A DNA stretch of 59,982 nt, counting the filler. It is 3 parts of 3 records of this genome, joined end to end, with 100 filler letters (N's around TTAATTAATTAA, not from the genome) between each part and the next. Parts side by side here need not be neighbours in the genome. Positions count along the whole stretch, not along the records: positions 1 to 31,822 come from SRR20825019_135; positions 31,923 to 53,273 come from SRR20825019_137; 1 more part is not named here. One strand, written 5' to 3'. The notes under the pieces are model-generated. The model saw only the letters and a list, made by a program, of their open reading frames with translations. It was not told where the DNA came from and ran no database searches. Positions 20,399 through 32,340 of this stretch are shown here, piece after piece. Position numbers and translations under genes: made by a program. The first letter of the stretch is position 1; every line of letters starts with the position of its first letter.

Positions 20399-20834
20399 GT
20401 GACCCCTGTGTCCTCAGCGGCTTGTGCCGCCTCTATTTCGAGTGTGGGGGTCACAAATCTCTACCGCTACAATTGTGATAAGCGATTCACGAATAGAGCT
20501 GCGGTACCCGGGGTAGGAATGGAGTTCTATTTCGCGTATGCAATTGCCGGTGGACATGCGCTGAATGAGGACAAGACCAAAAATTCTTCTACCTTTATTT
20601 GAGTGCAAGCAACGTCCGTATAAATTTGGTACAGCACATTTCCCTACTTCCCGCTCCGCCCTCCTACATACCCCCTCTCGAGTGGGAAGCCCAACCCTAC
20701 CATTCAGTTTAGTAGCAGCACTGTGCCCGTAGTGCCCTGATCCCGCCGCCATATCACAAGGGAATAACTCTATTGGAGTGGGGGCGATATTCGGCCAATG
20801 GATTAGGATTGCGGTATCGGGGGGCCAAGGGTCA
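20399..20834 (+). ncRNA. Candidate ~435-nt highly structured non-coding RNA of unknown family
   Basis: At least five stems plus a terminal closing stem; non-canonical pairs are G-U on the + strand; no convincing ORF (details in findings). Confidence 0.55.
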
Positions 20835-20858
20835 AGCGTTTGCATCTATCAATAGTGT

Positions 20859-21909
20859 TCAGCTCTTCTGCTCAGAAGATGGGGCCGGTGTTCCTTTGCA
20901 CACCTGAGAGCATGCACTCAGCACATTGCACATTCAGCTCATGAGTCCTTTACATACCTGGCACTGTCCTCCACAGTCATGGACTTTAAAGCCGAAAATG
21001 CGGTGTTGTATCATAGCTGGTCTCGACTCTAACTCTTTTCTGTGCTCAGACCTCTGCTTTCAAAGTCAATATCGGCACGCATCAGGAAACTGGGAGTTAT
21101 TATTCATACCGCCTTTCTAATTTTTGCGAATACTCTTGGGTACGTCAGCATCAAAAATCCGATTAAGCTACTGCCAAAGTGTGCACCATCGATGCCACGA
21201 TGTTCACCAGTGAAATAGCAATTCACATAGACTTTTTCACATAAAGGGCAATACAGGCGCACCGGCTGAAACATCACGTTAGTCAATACCCAAGAAATCA
21301 GGATAGATAGAGGGCACTTGCCATGTGGCCAACTTCATCTGTCTCTGCATACGGCAGCACATAGGCCCGATCACACTCCAAGTTAGGACAACTTCCATAG
21401 CGGCCCTTCATAAAGTAACGGAGCACCTGAGCCAAACCGTCTGGGGAGAGGACATAGCGGGCATGGATTAGCCCGTACAAGGTCTCAGCACACAGCTCAG
21501 CCATCTCTTCTTCGGCGAGATCTTCAGATGACTCGCTGTCATCAAGTGATCGAATGATCTGAAGCGCATCCTCATATAAATCGTAGGGGAGCTGCGAAGC
21601 TAGACCTTGCAGATTGAAATTGTCATTGATATACTCAGGAGGAACCCTTACGTAACAATGATTTCCTTGGGCAGCCACGAACTGTTCAACCCATCCTGTG
21701 TAGCGCTGGTTTGGCGTCATCCCAGGATGGCAGACCATATCGTATGGGCAGACGCTAAGGTGTTCTTCTATCTTGGATGGTTGGAGTGACTCGAAACGAC
21801 AGCCATCGTCTCGACGAGGGCAATATTTCAGCTCTGTGTTTGAGGCTGAAGCTCCGGCAGTTTTATTTTCTACCTTTCTCTTTTTCGATGGATTTTCAGC
21901 GCCGGACAT
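20859..21909 (-). CDS. Casein kinase II regulatory beta subunit-like protein with an N-terminal extension (4 exons)
   Basis: WVEQF..GNHCYVRVPPEYINDNFNLQGL, acidic loop, LYGLIHARYVLS, YGSCPNLEC..LYCPLC zinc ribbon, IDGAHFGSS, RIFGFKVH; introns 21266-21321 (GC-AG) plus two GT-AG. Confidence 0.85.
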
Positions 21910-22039
21910 CAAAAAGGTTTACAAAACCCTTCTTAGTTTTCGGTTGATATATTTTGTTTCACACCATCTCGGACTGTAGTTCCCCTCTTCTTCACGCGCA
22001 CCTGCGCTTGATCGCGCTTGATACAGCTACTCAGCATGT

Positions 22040-23150
22040 GGCCCCCGGCCGGTCACGCCGGGCCCCTGCGGCCTGTCCGTGCCGCGGCCGGACTTGCACC
22101 GGCCCATTGAAGGAGCCCTGCCGGTGGGACTGGACTGGCCAAGCGAGGCTCGTAGCGGGGCTCCGCCCGGCCAGGCATGCCAGTCACAGCGCCACCCGCT
22201 CCCCGACTTTTCGCCAGGAGGGCCTGGCCGGCCGCGCCGCCGGCTGTCACCCTTGCGGTGGCGACCGTGACGACCGGCCCGGGACGCCCGGGCGGCCGAG
22301 CCGGCGCGGGCCCCGGCGGCCGGCCCCCGGCGGTGGCGGGTCGCCCGCCGGCCTGACCCGCCGGCGGCCCGCCCGAGTCCGTCAGTGACGCGGACGGGCT
22401 GGGCCCGCGGCTGAGTCGGGAGCCCGGGGGGCGGCCCGGCCCGCCGGCGGCGCAGTCGATCCAGTACGTTGAGGGCGATCCGGATCGTGGAATCATACAG
22501 TACACTGGCCTACGGTGTGTGAGGGGCCCGATCACCCGGGGCCGGCTCAATGATGAGACGGCCGCCCGCCGCCGCGTTGCCCTGCGACCCGCCGACGCCC
22601 GGCGCGACGGCGGGGCGCCCGGCGGGCGCTTGGTCGGCTCGGGTGGTCCCGGGCCCACCCCCAGCAGACTCGCGGCGTCGGGTCCCGACCGGGCTGGCCC
22701 GCCCGGGGCCCGCAATTTCACGGCCGGGTGACAGCCTGAGAGCCGAAAGGGCTGTCCGTCAGTGAGCACCGCGGCGGCCGCCGTGCGGCCATGACTCATC
22801 AAATCATGTGAGGACTACAACTCAACGCTCAAAAGTACCAAGGAACGTATGGGCGGTCACCCGGCTGCTGTGAGTGACGCAGAGCCGCGGCCACGGTGCT
22901 CACTGGCGGCTAGGCGTCATGCACTCACGTCAGGTCCTGCCAGTGTCCTGAGGCATCCGATCCTCGCCCCCACCCCCCCCTAGGCCGGCAAGGCTTACCG
23001 TACCGGCGTGACAGTGCCGACTCACTCAGAGCCGCCGGGACCGCCAGCCTCGGCGTCACGCTACGCCTGACCGGCGCCGCCGGTGCCAAGGCCGGGCACG
23101 GCACGCCAGGGCTGAGGACGGCCGGCTTCTCGTCACTGGGTAGGTTGAGC
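22040..23150. promoter_or_regulatory. GC-rich bidirectional promoter region between divergent CK2-beta-like and HINT genes
   Basis: Extreme GC content between divergent start codons; only low-complexity spurious ORFs. Confidence 0.5.
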
Positions 23151-23316
23151 TGGCATCGTCACTGGTATAATTCGTGCAGCTTCTCTCCCTGATGTTGCGG
23201 GTGGAGTTGCAAAAGCCCTACTTTGAGAAAGGTCTTTCCAAAAACACAGACTGCACAATAAAGATATTTATAGCGAAAGCCGATATCTCGTCGTTGCTAT
23301 CTCTTCAAATATCTGA

Positions 23317-23805
<489 letters not shown>

Positions 23806-23814
23806 CTAAAGACT

Positions 23815-25089
23815 TCACACCTCTGAATCTAAACAGCGTGGCAATGAATCATCAACGCGAGCTGTTTGACCACTGGCGGAATTGCCCGTAGTCTCATCAT
23901 GATGGGCTGCCGGGGTGACATCGCTGGTAGGTTTACCTGCATCGTTAGCTTCATTTTCTTTGAAAACTGCGTGCATAGTCAGGCTACGGTCATATAGAGG
24001 CATGCACGGGGTTACCTTCTTGCCAGTTTCGCTGAGTGCCCCAAACGGGTTTCTTCGGCAGGGGGGTCTCAGACGTAACATCTGGTTGCTCATCCTTGTT
24101 TTCTTCATCGGGGTCGGGTGCAGGCGAAAGTACAGCTGTTTCTTGAAGTTTTTTAGACTCCTCCCGATTCCTTCTAGCCTCCTCAGCCGCTCTTCTGGCA
24201 TCATCTTCAGCTTTCGCCGCCTTCATCGCTTCTTCTTCCTGTCTTCGTTTCTTTGCTTCTTTCTTTCTCTTTTTCTCGGCTTCCTTCTTCAGTTTCTGTA
24301 CAAATTTAAGCCCTAATACTCAATCCAAACACCACAGGCACTCACCCTGAGTTCCATTTCCTGCTTCTCCTCTGCAGTCATTTGACTCTCACGCTCCATT
24401 GCACGTTTCGTATTCTCCATTATGACCATTTCCTCACGTGAAAGTGTTTCGCCTTTATCGGTGTTAGATCCCTGACGCCTTCCCTTGGAGCCCTGCTCAT
24501 CTTCATTTTCTTGATCCTTCCTGTACGCGCCGCTTAAATCCTCAGCTCTTAAGTTCATTTCGCTGTTCAAAGCGCGTGCAAGGTTCTCGTCCACCCTCTC
24601 TTGTTCCGATTTCTCCTTTTGCCAGTTGTCGTAGGCATCTTCCCCGTTTGCAAGAGGAGAGTCTGATGCAACAACTGCGTCATAATGTTCGTTTTCAAAG
24701 TAAAACTGCAAGTCGGGTTCCGAGCACACCCCACCTGAAATGTCGTACCAAGTTCCATTTGCCTTGTGCACAATTAACTTCCTACCTAGGCATAGGCTTA
24801 GGGCCAATAGTTCAACCTCACCAGCCCAAGTCGGAGCCTTGTTCATTTCAAAGCAGTAATGATCAAAAGGAACAGTTTCTCCTGCCTCACCAGCAATAAA
24901 TGGTTCAAACATGTCTTTGTTGGAGAACATGTAGTCCACACAATTCTTCCTTGTCTCCATGTGCCGATCTTGAGTTCCAAAGAGTTGAAACGCAGCAGCC
25001 CTGAAAAAGCAGGCGCCATCTTTAGCCATAGGAATTACGGTGAGACCCTTTTCCACCAAGAATCCGGGAATGGTCGACGAACCGCTCAT
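23815..25089 (-). CDS. OTU-domain deubiquitinase with charged C-terminal tail (3 exons)
   Basis: Catalytic motifs DGACFFRA, WAGEVELLALS, EHYDAV; short GT-AG introns near 24290-24345 and 23965-24015. Confidence 0.85.
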
Positions 25090-25259
25090 GGCAAGACTGA
25101 AGCCAAAAACCTAACGTGCCTCGGTCACTGAGTGCAGGTGAAGGTATCATTTATAGTTTTTTTGTTCCTACTAAGGCCCTGGTTGAGGGCTGGTGAAATT
25201 TGCCAGCCTTCTGGTGGTTGAGACGAGTGGTGTAAAGCGTCACCGAAGAATAAATGGTG

Positions 25260-25810
25260 CTCAGCGATCACGCCCCCGGGCCGGCCGCGGGTGCGCGGCC
25301 AGTGGCCGGGCCGCGGTCGGCCGGGACCGGCCGGAGTCTCTCCGCAGCCCGGCGAAAAAAAAAGGCGCCGCAGCCCCCGCGGCAAACTCGGACGGCCGTA
25401 GTCAATGATTCCGACATTGTTCCGTTCCTGTATACTATTTGCTCTGTGATGAGAGTTTGCTTGGCCGGGGCCGCCGGCGGTCGGCCGCGGCGGGCGCCCG
25501 ACGGAAGCGGCGGTCCGGACTCGGTGATTGGCACTGCCCGGCCGGCGGCATCGTCGGCGCGCGGGCGGGCCCAGAACGTGAACGGACCGTGGAGGAAAAC
25601 CGAGCGATCGATGCCAACCGGACACCGTTTGCCGCAGCGGTGCCTCTGTTACTGAGTCGGCAGCCGGGGCCTGCGAGCGCCTCGTGCCCCGGTGTACTGA
25701 ATCGCGATCATGGCGGGCGTGGTGCTCCTGGACCGGACCGGACGCGCCGGCGGGAGCGGCCCCGCGGCTCCACAGCCACAAGTCAGTGTCCGGGCTGGTC
25801 GCCGGAGTTT
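25260..25810. promoter_or_regulatory. GC-rich bidirectional promoter region between divergent OTU and ELP1 genes
   Basis: GC-rich block between divergent start codons at 25089 and 25915. Confidence 0.5.
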
Positions 25811-25914
25811 TGCCACAAGTCTATCGCGTTGCTGGCTGTTGGTTCTCATTAGGTCGATGCGAGAACTATATATTGAAACGGAGCAGCCAAAGGTGTTAGA
25901 CTTAAGTCGCGAAT

Positions 25915-28900
25915 ATGAGGAATGTGAAAGTGCTTAGGCGCTTGCTTTCGCCTGGCGAAGGTCCGGGTGACTCATGGAACACCGACCCAGCGTTTGCTAA
26001 AGGTGAAAAGGATTATTTCGTTTCTTTGGTACCGTACCTCACCCGGTTCAGGTGGTTTTGCTGTCGACTCGGCGTCAAACTATGCCTTCATAGTTAGCAA
26101 GAACAGAAATGTTGAGAAGAAGAGCCTCTCCAGGGGAGCTGGCCGAGCCTCTATCCAAGTCGAAGGCTGCGATCCTATTGAGGATGTTCAGTACGTGCCT
26201 TGTGGCTGCTTTTGAGTTCATGCTGATGTGTTGTGCAGGGTGGTTGGCGTGGAGTACATAGCCGAGTACGAAAGTTTAGTGTTCGCTATGACGACTGGAG
26301 ATCTGTTCTCGGTGAATACAGGCGCGGGCGATGGGCTCGAGGCCGTGGGAGAGTTTTCTGGCGGAGCTTTGTGTATGTCTGCGTCTCCCGACCAAGACTT
26401 GATAGTTGCCGTGACGGGCGAAGGAAAGATGATGTGCTTGACAAACACAGCCGACCTTATTACAGAGGTAGATCTTTTGAGCGAAGGCGCTCAGAAGGAT
26501 GCAACTCCTCGCTGTCTCTTTCAAGGTGAACTGAAGTCTGCCCAAAGTAAGTAGTATTAGTGCCGCAATTGAGAAAGTATGTTGAGGTGTCGCGTAGTCT
26601 CGTGGAGAGGTGACGGCGAGTGTTTTGCGGTGTCGCTTGCCAGTGGAGATGGGTCTGATGCGTGCATTTATGTTTACTCGAGAGATTTTGTCCTTGAGAA
26701 TAAGTGCGAAGTGACCTCTGGGCTCCTTCCGTTCATATCCTGGCGACCTTCCGGTGCAATCATTGCGTCAGTTCGAAGGGACAGTACCAAGAACAACGCC
26801 TATGAGGTTGTGTTTTTTGAGAGAAATGGTCTGAGGCACGGGGAGTTCCCTCTGGCGGCTGCTAGTGAGATATCAAGAATCGAAGGGATCTCATGGAATG
26901 AAGGCAGCGATCTGCTGGCTGTCACCATCACGGAGCCCAATGGAACAATGAGCGCATCCCTTCATCATCGCGATAACTACCACTGGTACCGCAAAGGCAG
27001 GGTATTGCTTCGCCAGGGCCCCGCTGGGGGTGGTCATTGCACCCCGTCATTGGTTTGGGATAAGGAAAAGCTTATGCGGATGCACATTTTGTCTGAAGAT
27101 GGCACTGTTGAGTCACGTGACTTGGTGTGGGAATATGATGTGACCTGTTCTGGACCATCCATCGTTGCTGTTGTGGACTCTCCGTCTGTCAAACTCACAA
27201 ATATGAGCACTTCACTGGTCCCTCCACCAATGTTTTCAGCGAAGATTGATGTCAACGAGGGATTGTCTGAGGCTGTAGTGTCACCTCTAGCGCCTGAGAC
27301 TACTGAGGTGGTCCGGGGCTCTGTGTTGGGCAACAGTCGTGTGGCCGTGGTTACTAACACAAATCGAGTGGATTGGTATGAACATGATCCTTCATCAAAC
27401 ACCATCGTGTGCCGCGGTCCACTCCCTATCGACGCCCCCGGGGAATTACGTACCGCGAGGTGGATTGCTCATGACAGCTTGGTGGTGATTCTTCATAATG
27501 ATGGAAAGGATCGTATCGTTGTAGTCAGCAGCATAGGCGCAAATCCTCGAGTAAGATACAACGCTCCCGACGTTGCTGGGTTGTGTTGTGTGGCTCCTAA
27601 TATCAAGACCGGATTAGTCCACATTTCCACTGTGACACCAGACAATAAGGTGCTCATTCTTGATCCCGAGACCATGGTTGTTCGGTCCCATATAGGGTTC
27701 CCACAAAGCCTTGTGCAGCTACTCGGAGTTCACACTCAAAAGCTTGGCGGGTCGCCTACAGAGATTTCGTGCGGACTATCGGAGAACGGAAAGCTATATG
27801 CAAATAGCCTCCTATTGGCGGAGGATTGTTCTTCCTTTGGTGTTCACGACGCATTTTTGGTATACATTACTTCCAAACCGACCCATCGAGTTCGCTTTCT
27901 TCGTCTTGAAAGCATGGAAGATCCGGTCAAGGCAGCAGCACTTGTTACATCCACAAGCACAATAGAGGCTCGTGAGGTTGAGATAGGCTCTCGTCTAGTT
28001 GCTGTTATGCGTAGCGAGGTGCGACTTGTGCTTCAGGTGAGTAGATTTGTCGTTAGACGAAGGGAAAATCATTTAGTCTCTGTATTAGATGCCTCGTGGA
28101 AATTTGGAGTGTGTTTCTCCTCGAGCGACCGTCCTGTGGAAGATCAAGAATTGCCTGGAGGCACAGGAGTACAAGGCAGCCTTTTTACTGGCGAGGTCTC
28201 ATCGAGTTGATCTGAACATACTGTATGACCACGACCCCAAGTCTTTCATTGAGAACGCAGAAATCGTGGTACGCCAAATTGGAAAGCCGGACCATCTGAA
28301 TTTGATATTCTCAGCCCTGCGCGATGACAATGTCACTTTCACCATGTTCCGGGCTGCATACGAGCAGGAGTGCAAGGGTGTTGGCGGTGATCGCTACTCC
28401 AGAGAAAAGAATGCGGGCAAACGTAACGAAGTCTGTGAAAGATATCGCGACGTGATGAACGAAGTCGATGCTCCTAAGTACACTACTTCTCTTTTGTCTA
28501 CGCATGCCCTACAAACTCCACCACAGCTTGAAGAAGCCTTGGGCTTGGTAAGAAGTCTGCGCGACGCTGAAGCCAATGATCAGTCTGTTGTGATGACGGC
28601 CGAGGATGCTCTACACTATTTAATCTATTTAGCGGACTGCAATGTGCTGTATGACACGGCCATGGGCATGTACGACTTTGATTTGGTTCTCATGGTTGCA
28701 AAGCACTCGCAGAAGGACCCCAAGGAGTATCTCCCACGCATTGCCGAACTTCAGAAGCTTCCGAAATATATTCTCAGGTTCCAGATCGATGACAGCCTCC
28801 AAAGGCGGGATAAGGCCTTCGTTAACCTTACCAAGGCTGGCGAGGAGCACTTTGATGAAGCAATTGAGTACATGAAGAAGCACAAGCTGTACAATACTGC

Positions 28901-30089
28901 TTTGAGCTCATATCCAGAGTCATCGTCTCAATGGCGTCGAATTATGTATGAATATGCGGATTATCTGTCTACGAGTCACCGAGAGGAGGCAGGCGTTGCG
29001 TATGATGTTTGTGGCAAGCATGAAGAAGCACTGGAGTGCTTCAAGTTAGCGGCTGCCTGGCGACTCATGTTTGTTCAGGCACATAAGTTGAAATATGAGG
29101 CAAAACAGCTTTCTCAGCTTGCTCACGAAGCCGTGGAACCTCTGCGTGAAGCTGGGTTATACTCCGAAGCCGCTGAGTGTCTGATGACATACTGCACCGG
29201 GCAGGAGGAGAAAGCATTGGAGATTCTTGTGGAGGGTAAGGTGTGGGAGGCAGCAACGCACCTCGCCCACCGTTCCGGTAGGGTCGATCTTATCGAGACA
29301 AATGTTAAGCCAGGCATTGTTGAGCATGCCGATTCCATACGGGCTGAGATCGAGCGCCGTCGAGAGCAGGTAAAGAAGTACCAAACGCGTTTGCTGGCTA
29401 TCCGCGAGAATAAGCGGACTCAGCCTGCTCTGTGGGGTGGCATCACTGGAGGTGGACTAGGCGGAGAAGGTGGCGATGATGAGACGATGAGCATGAAAAG
29501 TATGACTAGCTTCGCGTCCTCCGCGTCATCGCAATGGAGTAACGCGTCATCAACCAGCTCGTCACGCGGTACCCGCCGTAAGAGGAAGCACCGATACAGG
29601 GTAAAGGAAGGAAGCCCTATGGAAGAGAGCGCAATCATTAGTGATTTGACCCGTTTGGTTCCCACGTCGGAATGGAGTGTGGAGATCAAGGCATTGCTTA
29701 AAGCAATGGTCAGCTATGGCATGCGTACCGCAGCAATGGAGCTGCAGCGAGAGTACGAATACTTTGTTGTGCTCGTGACTGATGAGTCCTTCTTTGTCAT
29801 CTCTGGTTCGGACGGCTCCATCGATATTCCGGGGGCCCCTGCTAGTCAAAATCAAGGCAGTTCGCTGCATGCCAAGGCCCACAGTGGCACTTATGCCAAA
29901 AAAGAGGCTATGATTATCAAGGATTACCAGGGAGTTACCACCATGATTGGACTACGCGCTGGCAAGGAATCCGGATCTGATGAGCCCGTGGCCGCCACCG
30001 AAACTCCACAGGCTCCCCGTATGGAGACGCTTGTGCGAGTGCACCAAGCCCGGGCTGCTGATTGGAGGGCCAACCTTCTTCCACAATAG
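25915..30089 (+). CDS. ELP1: Elongator complex protein 1 (IKI3/IKAP family; 5 exons)
   Basis: MRNVK start, SWRGDG, SWRPSG, FFERNGLRHGEF, NYHWY, VPPPM, QMPRGNLE, RSHRVDLN, MYDFDLVLMVAKHSQKDPKEYLP, basic/Ser-rich C-terminus. Confidence 0.92.
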
Positions 30090-30127
30090 ATCAAGGGAAG
30101 TAAAGCTGAAAGTCACTTCAAATAAGT

Positions 30128-31333
30128 TTACATAGCCTCCTTTGCGCGGCGTTCTGTAAGCATGTTTTGAACAAAGAATTCTCCAGCCCGATAGCTGGAT
30201 CTCACCAATGGACCACTAGCTACAAACTTGAATCCCATCGACTCGCCCTCTACCTTCCACTGCTCGAATTCCTCAGGTGTAATGTATCGGTCCATCTTCA
30301 TATGCTTAGGCGTGGGCCGGAGGTACTGGCCAAATGTCAAAATTTCTACGCCCACGTCCAATAGGTCTCTCATGGCTTGGCGCACCTCGGCATCCTCCTC
30401 CCCAACCCCCAACATGATTGATGTCTTGGTTACAACAGAAGGTTTGTGCAGCTTGGCGTGTTGCAGAACCTTCATGCTCTGCTTATAGTTGGCGCGGCGG
30501 TCCCTCACGTACCGCTGTAAGCTTTCAACCGTCTCAACATTGTGGGCAAATACGTCAAGCCCTGAGTCCACCACTTTCTCCACACAATGGTTACTGCCTG
30601 CAAAGTCTGGGCTCAAAACCTCAACAAGCATTTCCGGGCTCAAGCGTTTGATGGTCGATACTGTCTCGGCAATGTGAGCCGCGCCACCATCTTCGACATC
30701 ATCTCTATCAACAGATGTTAAGACAACATAGTCGAGTCCCCACTCGGAGATGGCTTCCGCAACCTTCCGCGGTTCTTCTGCATCCAAAGGTGGTGGTGCC
30801 CGACTGGTCTTAACAGCACAAAAGCGGCAGCCTCTCGTGCATGTATCACCCTACGCATAAAAAGTGAGCCTTAAGCAAACTTTGGGGTTCAAGACTCTCA
30901 CCATGATCATAATGGTGGCCGTTCCGCCACCCCAACACTCGCCAATATTAGGACACCTGGCTTCTTCACAAACAGTGCTGAGTCCAAGCCTTTTCACGGT
31001 AGATCTGAGAAACTTGTATTTTTCGTCCTCTTCTCCTTTAAGGCCCTTCACCTTCATCCAGTCAGGCTTCGCATGACCATACTTCCTCTTAACCCCTTCA
31101 AAACCACATATCAGCACTGCTAACACAGTTATGGCGCGGAGAGCCATACCTTTCACATCAGGCATCCTTTGAACAGCATCTTCCCGATCAAATACTTCTG
31201 CATTACCAGAAACGAAGTCCTCAAGGCGGAGACCATCGTCTGGAATTGCCCGTGTTGTTGCTGCTCGGCTAATTGAGAAGAGCGGCCTGCTGCACAGGGT
31301 AGCACGCCTAACTGTATTTCTCAACGAGTGCAT
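30128..31333 (-). CDS. LIAS: Mitochondrial lipoyl synthase (radical SAM; 3 exons)
   Basis: [28 protein letters not shown] after splicing, [17 protein letters not shown]; Arg/Ser/Thr-rich N-terminal transit peptide. Confidence 0.93.
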
Positions 31334-31822
31334 GTCTGTTCTCTCGAAATGAAGTCTTCAATCAATATTTAAGCGAGGCTGCTTGAACATCATGTCTCAT
31401 GAACAACTGCGGTCTGAAGTTGCGTTCACAGTGGTCAGTTTGCCTACCGATTCGTCGCCGGTCAGTGGCTGTGGCGTGACAGCCACCGTATTGACAATCA
31501 TCATGATAGTGTTTGCCATTTCCCCGTTCCGGCATTGGGCTTGGGCGGTCAAGCGCCGCCGCCCTCGGCGGGGCCCATGAGAGTGACCGTGACCCGCGGG
31601 CAGGGAGAAGGTCTGGCGACCGACTCAGTGGCTTCGTCACCTGGAGCTACCGGACCGAGATGATGGTCCGAGTATGATGATTGTCGTCGTTGTCGGTTGG
31701 CGTGTCGTGTCTGGGTTTTTTGGGTTTGCATGAAAACATGAACTATTTTTGTAACGTTTATTTTAATTAGAAACATATTGGTATGGTTGAATACGTTCTA
31801 TTTTCTATATAATGAGCAGCCA

Positions 31823-31922
31823 NNNNNNNNNNNNNNNNNNNNNNNNNNNNNNNNNNNNNNNNNNNNTTAATTAATTAANNNNNNNNNNNNNNNNNNNNNN
31901 NNNNNNNNNNNNNNNNNNNNNN
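31823..31922. other. Artificial contig spacer (N run with TTAATTAATTAA stop linker)
   Basis: 100 nt of N with the linker at 31867-31878; gene structure and composition change across it. Confidence 0.98.
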
Positions 31923-32340
31923 GTTCACCGTTTTCACTCAGGGTGTAGATCTTGGCAACGTTCGGACGGCGCTTGATGCCGGCCTTGTCTTCCGATGCAG
32001 GAATATTGACCGACATGGACGGATCAGAAGCCGCCTTGTACATGTCGTACTTCATCGGCTCCTTCACACCAACGGCCCCGGGATCAACGTAATCACCAGA
32101 CTCGAGGTCAACCAACCGAACGTCGAAGCGAGAGAAGGTCTCCTCAATCTCTTCAGCCGTTGCGCCCTCTTTCAGCATTCCGGCAGCCGCCAGGATGTTG
32201 GAACGAATGTCCAGGTTCTGGTTCTGGATCTGCGCCGGTCGAAGCATTACCGCCGCTGTCGATACCACGACAGAAAACGCAACGCTCAGCACCAGAGCAA
32301 CCATCAGTGTTCTGGAGACAGTTTCTTTAGCTTTAGCCAC
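31923..32340 (-). CDS. nqrC: Na(+)-translocating NADH:quinone reductase subunit C (3' truncated by contig end)
   Basis: N-terminal TM helix then LRPAQ..N..NILAAAG; overlaps the nqrB stop; follows nqrAB. Confidence 0.9.

Noticed and set aside
20414-20845. 143-aa minus-strand ORF (and 89-aa plus ORF 20333-20602)
   Set aside because: No recognisable motifs and not required by neighbouring gene models; the stem pattern favours a structured RNA, though coding cannot be fully excluded
20950-20963. U1 snRNA 5' end look-alike (TACATACCTGGCA)
   Set aside because: It is the reverse complement of a CK2-beta intron donor (CAG|GTATGTA); the downstream sequence is coding on the minus strand
21954-22802. 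Long Arg/Pro/Gly/Ala-rich ORFs in GC islands (also 17677-18318 and 25125-25937)
   Set aside because: Expected from stop-codon scarcity in very GC-rich promoter DNA
31823-31922. Eukaryote-bacterium junction as horizontal gene transfer
   Set aside because: The junction is an artificial N/TTAATTAATTAA linker
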